Positions 29,895 to 44,590 of a DNA stretch of 64,000 nt are shown one piece after another; the first letter of the stretch is position 1; the number at the start of each line of letters is the position of its first letter. This stretch comes from Eledone cirrhosa. Lineage: Eukaryota. Location: positions 49,352,001-49,416,000 of the forward strand of contig OZ024741.1 of the NCBI GenBank assembly GCA_964016885.1, read 5' to 3'. The notes under the pieces were generated by a model. It had not been told where the DNA came from. It searched no databases and worked only from the letters and a program-made list of their open reading frames with translations. The position numbers and the translations under genes are program-made.

Positions 29895-29937
29895 ATATTG
29901 CTGATGAGATGTAATAACATCGAAACTAGTCCAATAT
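29895..29937 (+). ncRNA. Canonical minimal type I hammerhead ribozyme
   Basis: ATATTG-CTGATGA-GATGT-aata-ACATC-GAAA-C-TA-G-TC-CAATAT; all core nucleotides present, GUC site after 29931. Confidence 0.92.
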
Positions 29938-30232
29938 TCCTGTCTGGCTCTCTGGAGAATAGAGGAAGTGTGTTTCCTTGAAAACTTGTATGACTTTAAA
30001 ACCCGGTTCGTCTGTTTCTTTACATACAGACTAGCTGGACACTCACTGTAAAGTGTCTAGTGAAAAACTCGGTACATGTACATATGTATATATGTGTGTA
30101 TTTATATGCATACTAGTACTTCCGTATACATATGTAGATGTACACTTTAACTTAATTGTTTAAGCGTCAGTCATACAAAAGTGAGTGAGAAGCGAAACGA
30201 AATTTAATTTCGTTTCGTTATTTGTTTTTATC

Positions 30233-30276
30233 ATATATATATATATACATATATATATACATACATATATATACAT

Positions 30277-30341
<65 letters not shown>

Positions 30342-30598
30342 CATACATATATATATACATATATATATATATACATATATACATACACATATATATACAT
30401 ATATGCACATATATATACATATATACATATATATATATACATACATATATATATACATATATACATATATATATATACATATATACACATATACATATAT
30501 ATATATATACATATATACATATATACATATATATATATATACATATATATACATATATATATGTATATACATATATATATATATATACATATATATAC

Positions 30599-30629
<31 letters not shown>

Positions 30630-30906
30630 CATATATATATATATACATATATATACATATATACATATATACATATATATACATATATACATATATACAT
30701 ATATACATATATACATATACATATATACATATATATATACATATATATATACATATATACATATATATATATATACATATATACATACATATATATATAC
30801 ATATATACATATATATATATACATATATACACATATACATATATATATATATACATATATACATATATACATATATATATATACATATATATACATATAT
30901 ATATAC

Positions 30907-30939
<33 letters not shown>

Positions 30940-31049
30940 CATATATATACATATATACATATATACATATATACATATATACATATACATATATACATAT
31001 ATATATACATATATATACATATATACATATATATACATATATACATACA

Positions 31050-31087
<38 letters not shown>

Positions 31088-31274
31088 CATACATATATAT
31101 ATACATATATATATATACATATATACATATACATATGTACACATATATATATATATACATACACACATATATACATATACATACATACATATATACATAT
31201 ACATATACATATACATATATACACATATACATATATATACACATACATATATATATCTACATATATATATATAC

Positions 31275-31305
<31 letters not shown>

Positions 31306-31480
31306 CATATACATACATATGCATATATATACATACTTATATATATACATACACACATACGCATATATACATATACACATATACATATACACATACACAT
31401 ACACACACATATATACACATACATACACATATATATATATACATATATACACACATACACACATACATATATACATATAC

Positions 31481-31579
<99 letters not shown>

Positions 31580-32280
31580 TACATATATACACATATATAT
31601 ATATATATACATATATACACATATATACATATATATATATATAAACATATATATATTTACATATATATATATAAACATATATATATTTACATATATATAT
31701 ATATACATATATATACTTACATATATATATATACATATATATATACATATATATATACATACATACATATATACATATACATATATATACACATACACAT
31801 ATATACATATACATATACATACATATATATATATACATGTACATATACATATACATACATATATATATATATATACATATACATACATATATATATATAC
31901 ATACATATATATATATACATATATATATATATACATACATATATATATATACATATATATATATACATATATATATACATATATATATATACATACATAT
32001 ATACATACCTATATATATATACACATACATATATATATACATATACATATATATATATACATATATATATATATACATACATATATACATACATACATAT
32101 ATACATACCTATATATATACACATACATATATATATACATATACATATATATATACATACATACATATATATATATATACATATATATATACATACATAC
32201 ATATATATATACATATATATATACATATACATATATATATATATATACATATACATATACATATATACATATACATATAC

Positions 32281-32332
<52 letters not shown>

Positions 32333-32687
32333 ATACATATATATATATACACATATATATACATACATATATATATATATATACATACATATATATATAT
32401 ATATACATATACATACATATATATATACATATACATATATATATATATATATACATATATATATACATACATATATATATACAAACATATATATATATAT
32501 ATATATACATACATATATATATATACATATATATATACATACATATATATACATATACATAGATATACATATATATACATGTATATATATATATACATAT
32601 ATATATACATACATATATACATACATATATATATATATACATACATATATATATAAATACATATATATATATATATACATCATACAC

Positions 32688-32770
<83 letters not shown>

Positions 32771-32847
32771 TATATATATATATACATATATACATACATA
32801 TATATATATATATACATATATATATACATACATATATATATATATAT
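30233..32847. repeat. 2.6-kb (TA)n/(TACA)n compound microsatellite
   Basis: Seen directly. Other large arrays: 11920-12267, 60520-61250, 61965-62480, 63385-64000. Confidence 0.97.
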
Positions 32848-32848
32848 T

Positions 32849-33441
32849 GGCTGCCAACTCGTTTTCGAGTACGGCCACTACTTTATATCCATGTAGGAGA
32901 ACCCCTACCGATGCGCTGAACGAGTGTGACTTTTTAGTCCAGCCAGCGACTTGAAAACTCTGGTACAAACACTACACTTGTGACAATTATTGACACATAG
33001 TGCTGGGCCCATGGTACCATGTGACGACAAGTGCAGAGAGATCTCCAGATATAAAGCAATGCCTGTGCCGCGAAGCTTTTATAGTGAGCAAAGGCACTGC
33101 ACAAAGCCAGTCCCACTCTCTTAACCAAGATGATATTTACCAAAAAGAAGAACAAATCAACATCATTGGATACCATCAGGGTTGCAGGTGTTATATCAGA
33201 GTTTTCCTTCTTCTAGAATTCTGCCTTGACAAAGGCTAAGGGGTCATCTCTCCCGGTGATTTTGGATGGCCATTGACTCTTAAGAGCTCCTTTGCCCTTT
33301 GACAGGTTTTGTTTTTAGTCCTGCAGGATGTCCAAAGTCACCCTCCTCACCAAGAAACCTTGGTGGGGTTGCCAGTTTAGTCGCCAACGACCCGACCATG
33401 AGACAGGTTGTACTGGGATACATGTTACCAGTAGCACCAAC
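32849..33441 (-). mobile_element. Non-autonomous RTE subfamily A copy
   Basis: Reverse complement of 13720-14305. Confidence 0.88.
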
Positions 33442-33454
33442 ATACATACATACA

Positions 33455-33485
<31 letters not shown>

Positions 33486-33491
33486 CATACA

Positions 33492-33523
<32 letters not shown>

Positions 33524-34137
33524 CATACCTATACAAAATACATACCTTCGAAAACCTTTGCAAGGCGAAACAATACTGGTTTCAAATACCTCAAAATTGA
33601 GGATTTAAGATCCAAATGAAACTTAAATTTTCCCTAAAGTTTTTTTTAACAAAGATAATAGTATAACAAGAAATGTTAAGACTGTAGTTTTTCCTCCTTT
33701 CTAAAAAGATATCGGTTATGATAAAATATGAACCATGTAAATAGCTTTTGGTGTATGGTTATGGTTTCTGATTTAGGCTCAAGGCAAACAATTTGGGGGA
33801 TGGGGGAAGCCGATTAAAACAACACCAGTATGTTACTGGTACTTTAATTTATCGACTCTGTAAGGATGAAAGGCAAAGCTAACCTCAGCGAGATTTGAAC
33901 TCAGAAAGTTCTAAGTTCAAAGGGACATAACGGTCTATAATTAATATATCACTATAATATTAAAACCCAAAACTGTCCCCGAGAATTAAAATCTCTAGAA
34001 AGATTTTGTTCAGACTTCCTACAGTTAAAAGCTAACAAAAGATTCCATATGTATATACATGTCTTCCAAATTAATTTAAAATCCTATAATCAGAAAATTA
34101 AGACATCTGAAACACACACACACGGACACGCCCATAT

Positions 34138-34250
<113 letters not shown>

Positions 34251-36158
34251 GACACATATACACACGCACGCACACACATATGGACACACATACACACACA
34301 CACACACACACTAACGGTGAGTCGTTGGAGAAAAAGATTACATTCTTTTTATGTCGACCACAGATTATATTCCTGCTGAAGTTGACAGTTTGCCTTCGAC
34401 GACTCATCGCCTGTTCGCTGGACATGATCTATAACAAAGTTTGGTATGCTCCATCTTGTCGGCCGGGACACAGTTAGTTAGTTTGAGGTGGAGGATACTT
34501 GTTTGGACGTCACTTTCTCTCTATTTCTATATGTAGGAATAGCTTGAATCAATGGTTTAATAAACTCATTTATAATAATTGTTTCTACCTTTGGCACAAG
34601 GCCAGCAATTATCCCAGTGTATAACTGGTACTTTATTTGAGGGAAGAAGAAAGTCGATTAAATTGACCCCAGTGCATTACTGGTGCTTTATTTTATTGAC
34701 CTCCGTAAGCATGAATGGCAGAGCTAACCTCGGCGGGATTTAAACTCAGAACGTAAAGGGACGTAACTCTATGTGCAAAGCATGTTGTCCGACACCCTAC
34801 TGATACTGGCAATCCACCACCCTAGTCTATAGAAAAGATGTAAAATATATTTCTTTCTTAAATTTATATGTTAAGATCGTGGCAAATTCCTAATTCCATT
34901 TTGTAAAATGTGTGAAAGTAAAAATCCAATATGGTTGAAAGTGAAAAAATGAATGTGACATTGCGACTTTAGAAAAGAAGTGAATGTGAAATAAATATAA
35001 AGACGAAATGAAATTAAATGCAGCATACATGTTAATTTATGTGAAATCCATAAAAATATACATGTACTTAAATACAATATAAATTTCATTAACCCATGAA
35101 ATATGATCCACGAATACCACTTGACAGTTATAAAGTTAAGTTTTCCACATTAGAGACCCACCCACATATCTACAAAGGTACACATATACATATAAATGTT
35201 ACATGGGCACATACACACATACATGCATACACAAATATACATACATTCATTTATGCATACACAAACATGCATGTACACATATATGCACACACAAACATGC
35301 ATGCACACATATATACATACACAAACAGGCACGCATACATATATGCACACATATATGCATGCATACATATGATGCCTGCAACTCGATTTCGAGTAATGCT
35401 ATCGCTTGATACTTAAGCATGAGCATCGTGGACGTGACTTTTTAGTCCTGCTAGAGACTTACCTACGGCCAGGCATGCCATGCATTGCCAAAAATGTCAC
35501 ATATCAAGCGATGCCTGTACTTGAAGCTTTTTTAAAGTGAGCAAAGACTTTCGATGGGGCCAGTCTCACTCTCTGAACATCAAATAAATTTACCTAAAAA
35601 GTAGAACTGGTCTACATCATTGGATGCAAACAAAGTCGTAGGTTTTATGTCAGAGTGACCTTCTCCTAGAGGAATGTCTTAATGAAGACTGGGGTCTCTC
35701 ACTCAGCATAAAAACATACTTTATGTGCATACACACATGCATGCACATACATATGCATTTGCACACACTGCAACATTATTCTTGGCTCTATTTTTTAAAA
35801 CTGTTACTTTTATTAGCGATGTTGTCATCGCTAACATATCAAAGCGATGACACACCGTTGAAAACGGATTTGAACGAAATTGAATCAGTCCGAACCTCCT
35901 CATTAAACTATGATCATATAACATTTATTATTAGTAGCACAATTTATGCTTAACATTTTAAGTTATGAAGTTGTAAAAACGTTATATACTCCTTGAAAAT
36001 AGTGAAATAAAATCATGTGAGATTTTAAAGAGCCACATTATAAGAAAAGAATGGGCAAAAATATATTTGTTTATTTTGGTGGCTCATACAAATAAGCCCG
36101 ACGTACATCGATAACATTATTATGTGAAATATATTGAGGTCAACATTTTAAATTATAA

Positions 36159-36664
36159 ATAGTAGCAGAAAAACCGCCCTTTGGGTGGTTTTCTGCTAGC
36201 ATGTGTAGTGTGTATATTGACATTATACGCAGGTATATATATATGTAGATATGATACATAAAATAAAATCGTAATTGACAATATATAATACATAAAAATT
36301 GAACGAAGACTGCGTTACACTGTTTTATGTAATCAGTAACGTAATCCATGATACATTAAAAAAAGACGATATTATATATAAACTGCATTAGGAGAACATT
36401 AGTGACAGAAAATTAGTATGTTTATTTAAGCGATCACCACCGGAAGTGTTGATATTTCAGAAATTTTAAAGAAGTGAATCTTTAAATAAACAAAATATAT
36501 TTAATGAACAGCCACGAAATTTAGTAGATAAATTATGTAATATTCATTCATTATTTATTCAAAAACAATTATTTATTCAAAGTAATCCAACTTATTTTAC
36601 AAACGGGCTAAAAAAAAAATAAACCGTACGCAATCCCGCAGACCTTCTTTATAATAGTTTAGAT
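36159..36664 (+). mobile_element. Helentron/HINE-like non-autonomous element
   Basis: 5' tagcagaaaaaccgccctttgggtggttttctgcta hairpin; ends tataatagtttagat; homologous to 2570-2992. Confidence 0.65.
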
Positions 36665-37624
36665 AAATATATAACAAATCTATATTCTTTGTCAATTAAA
36701 ACCATTCGGAATTATTTTCAAAATCATTTGAAAATCATAGGCATTAGATATATGGTAACGAAAGGGCTAAACAGACCTGTTTATTGAACAATTTCTTGTT
36801 TGGATAACAAAATAGGAGTGTTCTCCTGAAAAAGGGAGGTGGGGGATATCCTATAGCACACCTATGATATAATTTGAACTCAATATTCACTCAATTAACA
36901 TAGTTTTCTAGCATGTACACACATTTAGGAAGACTTGGGGTGGGGGAAGGAGGATTTAATTGAGAAGGGGGTAATAGATATCTATAAATGTAATAGAAAA
37001 TGCAACTATGTAACATGAAGTGTGGTAAATAAATATATATATACACCAGGTCCGAACACAAAGAAACAAAACTCCTACTGTCACTGCCTCCATCTCTCCC
37101 GTTCAAACGAGAGTAATTTGGGATTATTTAAGTATTGTTTCTTTTGGCAGTGGATACAACACAACACTGGTGATTTGATACGAATTGTTGTTGGTCATAT
37201 TGTTAGTAATCTGTCCTCCATATTGAGTCTGGAAGAGCTAAAAGCCAAAAACATATAAAACAAATTCCTTTATGTACATCACACTAAAAACAAAACAAAA
37301 CAAAAAATCAAGAAGTACCAGAACAAAACAAACAACTACAAACACAAACAAACAAAAAACAATAGAAAACGACAACAGAATAAGCAGCAAGAGAACAGTA
37401 ATAGAACGAAGGATATTTATTTAGGTTAGTGTTTAAAGAAGGCCGGGGTGGTTAGTGAAATCGGAAGTTCAATAACACCAATTGTACATCTTTTAAAGTA
37501 GAATAAATACTTGGATAGTTAGAGTAATTCTTTTAGTATTTCTGAAAACTGGGTTAATATGCAGCTAAAAGTCTCTTTCTTTCTCTCTTTCTTTCTCTTT
37601 TTCTTTCTTTCTTTCTTTCTTTTT

Positions 37625-37679
<55 letters not shown>

Positions 37680-37831
37680 ATCTTCCTTCCTTTCTTTCTT
37701 TCTTTCTTTCTTTTTCTCTCTCTAATGTTTAATAGGCCTGGTTCTAGATTACTGAAGTATCTGTTGTGTGAGTCGCTGAAATAACTTCCAGTTGTCTCCC
37801 GCTCGGAAAGCCAAAGAAAGTCTCTCTCTCT

Positions 37832-37909
<78 letters not shown>

Positions 37910-37970
37910 ATATATAAACACACACATATTCATACATAAACGCACACATGCATTCACATACAACCTTTTC

Positions 37971-38026
<56 letters not shown>

Positions 38027-38054
38027 CTCTCTATATATATCTCTCTCCCAATAC

Positions 38055-38118
<64 letters not shown>

Positions 38119-39179
38119 ACGGAATAACTCTTCTATCAAACATGTTATTTTGAAGACAACATTATTCCAGATAAACGAACCACCGCTCGGCATGGTCCCT
38201 TTCCTTCTCCATCGAGTCAAGGAAGAAATATTTTATTCACCTTTAATCTTTTTATTTTTTATTAAAGGTTTTTAAAAATATATCCTTAATCGTCCTTTAT
38301 AATATCTTTGGAAGACTACCCTTCAAAACTCCGGGAGTCTATAAACGGTTCATCCTCAGAATGAAGACAGTAGTAATGACGTGTTGTTTGAGCACATTAC
38401 ATTATGTTGCAAAGGATCACGGGAGTACTGGAGAAATCTTTACTGACAGGTCAATTCAATGATAGGGGTTATATGATGCTTTTATTTATAATTGTTTCTA
38501 CTTTAAGCACAATGTCAGCAATTTGAAGGGGAGAGGAAAGTCGATTAAATCGACCCCAGTGCATTACTGGTGCTTTATTTCATCGACCTCGTAAGGATGA
38601 AAGGCAAAGCTAACCTCGGCGGGATTTGAACTCAGAACGTAAAGGGCAGTAACTCTATGCTACAAAGCATGTTGTCAGACGCTCTACCGATTCTGCAAAT
38701 CCACCGCCCTAATTACATAACAGATATTTGTCTAACTGCGAACTTCATAGTTTTTATGTTGTCCCCTTTGACCAACGAACTAATAAATAGTTCGTTTTCT
38801 GACTGTAGGAAGGGTTATAGTACCCGTGACGAATAAACTGACAATACAAAGATATGAGAGAGTTGTACAGAATTTTAAAATGAATTTATACACATTTGAT
38901 TTTAAATTCTTATTCGGCCACTTGTGTGTGTATATATATATATATCCAGCTATTGTTTCCTGAGATATTCTAACCACATGACCATAGTATCGGAACTGTG
39001 ATCTCTCGGAGAAGTAGCAGCCTGGAGTGACTCGGTGATCTCAGAGCTACGTACTCTATGAAGTAACGTTACTCCTTTCGGAGGAACCCCATTTCGGTTG
39101 GTGCTAATGGTCAGTAGTTTATCAAAATAAATAAAGTATTTCATGCAAATATATATAGATACACATCTACATACACTTC

Positions 39180-39243
<64 letters not shown>

Positions 39244-39422
39244 TATATGTATATATATATATATATATATATACCAAGTTTAATGTAGAAATGGCTTCTA
39301 CAGGACTAGACCTGTTTCTAGAGCCATTTCTATATTAAACTTGATGCTTACATTCTACTAATGTATTGAGTACCTTACTTACTGTGGTTACCCCCGATGC
39401 AGCCCGGGACTCACACACACAT

Positions 39423-39457
<35 letters not shown>

Positions 39458-39997
39458 AACACTGATGTCTCTTGTCGAGATGAGGTGAGAGTATATTAGA
39501 ATTCATAGAAAAATGAGAAAACTCAACGACAGCATTTAGCTGTTAAAACAACAAAGCAAAGACAGCTAGGGCTAAAAATGGGTGACAAGTGAAGTTTGAT
39601 GAATTTCGTCAGGTTTTCGAAAAGAGTTGGTGTGTGTGTGCGTACCACCGGGTCTTAAAGATGTATGCCTTCGCTTAGTTGTTAGTAACGACATCGCATT
39701 TGTGCACGATGTCGTTCGATAGGCACTTTCTGCCGAGTGGGTAAGTGTTTGTATCAGGGAAATTACACAATGCCTTCGAACCATCATGGGTCTCGGATCC
39801 AGCTTTAGAAACATTGAGTTTTGGAATGTTAATGTTGGCTATGTTCCTAGCTAAGTTAAATGTGGTGGAGTATGAAAGACTAGTGGTGTTCCAAATGTGT
39901 GTATATGTATACTCTTTTACTCTTTTACCTGTTCCAGCCATCCGTTTGTGGTTGACAGCCGAGAGAAAAGAGTACCCAATACCGAAGTAGTGTTTTA

Positions 39998-40126
39998 ATA
40001 TTCATTTTACTAAGGTTAAATAGTGAGTCTTGTTACTCTGGAGTTTCGACTGCTTATGACCCTGTGATAAACAGGCGAAACTCCAAAGTAACAAGACTCA
40101 CTATTTAACATTAATAAAATGAATAT
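39998..40126 (+). mobile_element. PLE 3'-end foldback with degenerate HHR
   Basis: ~50-bp inverted arms around CTTATGA-CCCTGT..ACAGG-C-GAAAC-TCCA(A/G)A-GTA. Confidence 0.65.
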
Positions 40127-40277
40127 ATATATATATATATATATATAATAGGAACAAGTAAGACCCCACTTGTAAGACCCCTACTTGTTCCTATCACCCA
40201 CTCTACTACCCTAAGTATTGAGTACTTTGGTGCGTTATGGTCCACCTGGTTCCTTACCACATTTCCTTCGATATATA

Positions 40278-40320
<43 letters not shown>

Positions 40321-40463
40321 CGTTCGCAATCGTAAGGTTGTGAGTTCGATTCCTGGACCAGGCGATGCGTTATGTACTTGAGCAAGACACTTTATTTCAC
40401 GTTGGAAAGACCAACGGAAACATTGTTCCCTCGGTTCGATTTGACGAAAGTCGATCGTCTTCT

Positions 40464-40494
<31 letters not shown>

Positions 40495-40739
40495 TACACA
40501 CAAATGAAATATAAACATAAAATCACTCCAATATGCACATTCACGCATGTACTTACACACACACACACATATATATATATATACACGCACATACACACAC
40601 ACACGTTCACAAAGATTTTGCCAAGGGGGAAAATGATGGTATAAATTAAAAAAACACTCCATGCCCAGTGATATAAGAAATATTTAAATCTACAAAAGCT
40701 ACTCTCATGCACCCATACACATACACGCCCATACACGCC

Positions 40740-40777
<38 letters not shown>

Positions 40778-42690
40778 ATACGTATCCACACATAGAATGG
40801 ATATATAAAGCGAATAAAATAGCACCTACATACACATATTTACAACATACATTAATATTTCTCTCTAAATCTCGTGAGTATCACTAAAATGATTTTGAAA
40901 ACGCCCAAGCAAGATTATATAGTTCCACACGAAATCGTCAGCATCTTTTGAAAATTGGTAGGATATGTAATATAAGGTATAATGGTTACTTATATTGTGA
41001 TGGATATTTAGCTGAAATAGTTTAGACTTCGTTCATCAAATTACAATATTATGTTTTTAGAATTATGTTTTAAACAAATTAGTTGTTGGTGTTGTTCAGT
41101 TCTACTTCAGATTTGAACCAGAACACGGTATGATCAGAGGCATTTCAGCAATGGCTAGCTCATCTTAGTTTTGGACATAGAGTATTTAGGGTCATTTTAT
41201 CCAATAACTTCTTAACCTAACCTTCAGCTATTCATCACTCTTCTTGGGTTTGCAGAATAATTAGGAGCGTCGGATAAAATGTCTGGCGGTATATTAGAGC
41301 TGCTGCTGTTTCTTCTTCTTCTTCTTCTTCGCCCACTTATTACTGAGAGGGTCGTGGGGGCAGAGCCCTCAAACAATCCTTCCAGTGGGTCTTGTTAGAA
41401 GCAACCGTCTTCAATTAATCCGACTGGATCCCCAAGTGGAACCACCTTTATTTTAAAAATTAACAGAATGTAATTTTGAAAGAAATTTGGCTGTTATTTC
41501 TCTAGCTCTTCAAATTTGGCTGCTATTTCCTACAAGGGGGTTTATTTAAAGGAAATTTGAGAACTGCTCAGATCTTTGAAGCAGGTGCCATGACCCAATA
41601 TTTGATATTTTCTGATTCGGAGAAGGATATGTAATGTAATGACTATCTTAAACATTTTATTTTAAATATTTTAAACCATCCTTTACTATGTAAGCGCATG
41701 TAGTATTTAACACAAAATGTTACTGCAGAAATTTTTATTTAAAACTGTACAAAGTTAGATTTAGAACTTCACAAATAGGGGTCAACTGCTCGTTAAAATA
41801 ATCACTGGCTCACCCTTCAATTCGTAAGTTATCAATTTGAAGTGTTTATTATATTTCTACTGTATCTCGCCTCACACCAATCCTACGAAATAATGGTTCT
41901 GATTTAGGCACAAGGCCATCAATTTGAAGGGGCGGGTAAGTCGATTAAATCTACCACAGTGCATTACTGGTACTTTATTTTATCGACCCCCGAAAGGACG
42001 AAAGGCAACACTAACATCGGCAGAATTTGAACTCGGAACGTAAAGGGCCGTAACTCTATACCACAAAGCATGGTTTCCGACGCTCTACCGATACTGTCAA
42101 TGAATCGCCCTAACCCACAAAATTATAGTTTCTGATTTAGGCACAATGTCAACAAATTTGGGGAAGGGAAAAGTCAATTAAATCGACCCCAGTGCGTTAC
42201 TGGTACTTTATTTTATAGATCTCGAAAGGACGAAAAGCAAAACTAACTTCGGCGAGATTTGAACTCAGAACGCAAACGGCCATAACTCTAAACCGCAAAA
42301 GCATGGTTTCCGACGCTTTAGCAATTTTGCCAATCCACCACACTAATGACACCATATAATAAGACACAAGATGTTCTGCGAATAAATAAATCACGAACGT
42401 TTTTGAAGTGATTTTGATATGTGACATCTAAAAGACTATGAACAATAAAAGCCGCTGCTTCATTCTATAACAAAGGAAGGGAGAAAGTATTTGAATTAAA
42501 GTGAATGCGGATAACAATAAGCCTCCCCAGACAAAGGTTAGCTTTACACCAATCAAACAATGACAAATTCTATATAAGAAGGATGAATACTTCAGACGCC
42601 CTGCTGAGAGGAGAAGTACTTGTTTTGGTAGACATCCATTACATGCTAATAAAGCTGATGTAATCCCGATAAAAACATTACAGGGGATAC

Positions 42691-42763
<73 letters not shown>

Positions 42764-42774
42764 GTGTGTGTTTG

Positions 42775-42833
<59 letters not shown>

Positions 42834-42944
42834 GTGTGTGTGTGTATGTATTTGTATATATATATATATGAGCGGAGGATTTTAATGTGCATAGAGCATC
42901 TCTCGCCTTACCAAAAATTATAGTGGAACACTCCACTATAATCA

Positions 42945-42979
<35 letters not shown>

Positions 42980-43089
42980 GCAAACCAAATTCAGGTATCA
43001 TAACATATGTAATATGTATGATAATTATGTTTCTCAGTTGAAGAGCTCAATGGGCGCTTGTCCAGAGTATCAATAATTAAAATTAAAAG

Positions 43090-43132
<43 letters not shown>

Positions 43133-44015
43133 AAGAACTATACATCGTTAATATATAACTGCTCCAAATTCTCAATTTAATGAGCTGCTTATACTGTGAC
43201 TACTACTTCGCACTTCTTTCTAGCGGATACGACGTCCACTCCTATTTGTATCTGCCGCCACATTTAAAACATTCTATAGTTTTGGCTGACTCTCGGATCC
43301 CGACAGATATAAAGGTATTTTGTACTTTATTGGAATTTATCCAAAGACGATTCCTCTGATGACTAGTTTCGCGTCTTCAGTAGCTTTACCAAAATCGATA
43401 GCTGATAATCGATAATCAATTACTTAGATGGATTTTTGCTTCGATTTACGAACTATGAAACAGTACTGTAAGGAAAATAAGAACATTAAAATATGTACTT
43501 TTTCCTAAATATTATATGCTTTATCTTTTAGATGAGCAGTGACTAACAACAGAATGTTTTAAGTCTGCGTGTCGGTGTGACATACATGCGTAGCTTGCGA
43601 ATAAAAATTTCAAGGGGTATCGCTGGCCGTGGTGATGCCTCCCTAACATCTTTTGTAATGTATCGTCTTATTGGCTAATTTCATCGTCTTATTGGCTAAT
43701 CAACCAACGAGAGTAATTGTTGCTCAAAAGCATCCGACACTTTGTTTCCACGTTTATTTATCGTTTCGCTTTCGAATCTTCCTCCTGTATTTCGTCGTTT
43801 ATCATCAAAATATTTTTCTCGTTTTGGTAAATTATATTGTTAATTTATATTAACTATTAAAAGTCTGAAAATATTTTTATACATCTTACAATAATATTTA
43901 TAAGATCATTTATAAAATAACAATTATATAATCTAATTACATTACAACGATAATTTATTATTAATATATATCATGTTTAACTAGAGTTATTACAAGCGTT
44001 GCCTTAAAAAAATAT

Positions 44016-44449
44016 TAAACTAGACCTGAAAAATGCGCAAGCTCAAAAGAGCCACAGAATGTTATAATAAACCTTCAAAAGTGTAGGGACTAGAGTTGTT
44101 GCTCAAAAATATTGTAATCATTATCTATCGTACACTCTGTGGCATCCTTTTATAAAAAAGAGACTCATAACAAACTCAAGACGACACGATAATTATTTAA
44201 GTGAATATATAATATAGAATTCGGTTTAAGGTGCATTTCGTATTAATCATTACTAAACATGAGCTTAAATAATTATCGTATCGTCTTGTGTTCGTTATGA
44301 GTCTCTTTTTTTATAAAAGGATGCCACAGAGTGTAAGATAGATAATGATTACACTATTTTTTAGCAACAACTCTAGTCCCACACTTTTGAAGGTTTATTA
44401 TAACATTCTGTAGCTCTTTTGAGCTTGCGCATTTTTCAGGTCTAGTTTA
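44016..44449. mobile_element. Foldback/MITE with ~185-bp inverted arms and ~60-bp spacer
   Basis: taaactagacctgaaaaatgcgcaagctc.. is mirrored by ..gagcttgcgcatttttcaggtctagttta. Confidence 0.85.
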
Positions 44450-44548
44450 TATATGTACAAAATACTATGTTTCTCTAACGACATATGCCTCTTTCTCTCT
44501 CTATGTATACATATATCTTTTAATCTGAATTATATATATATTATATAT

Positions 44549-44590
<42 letters not shown>

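Larger units (their letters stand above)
29113..30232 (+). mobile_element. Non-coding 470-bp HHR unit with 278-bp terminal redundancy plus ~370-bp inverted arm
   Basis: 29485-29762 equals 29955-30232; 29113-29483 is the reverse complement of about 29788-30157; (TA)n on both sides. Confidence 0.9.

Noticed and set aside
29778-29981. 67-aa ORF duplicated on the opposite strand (29289-29483)
   Set aside because: The duplication comes from the inverted arm; the ORF overlaps the HHR and has no recognisable motif.
30160-32968. ORFs of up to 910 aa rich in Y/I/H/T
   Set aside because: Translations of (TA)n/(TACA)n, which lack stop codons; the same applies to all YI, CV, HT, RE and LS ORFs.
39560-39990. 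Possible host exons (gtaagt donor near 39741, ttccag acceptor near 39938)
   Set aside because: No recognisable protein, and adjacent to a MITE-family end, so not supportable from sequence alone.
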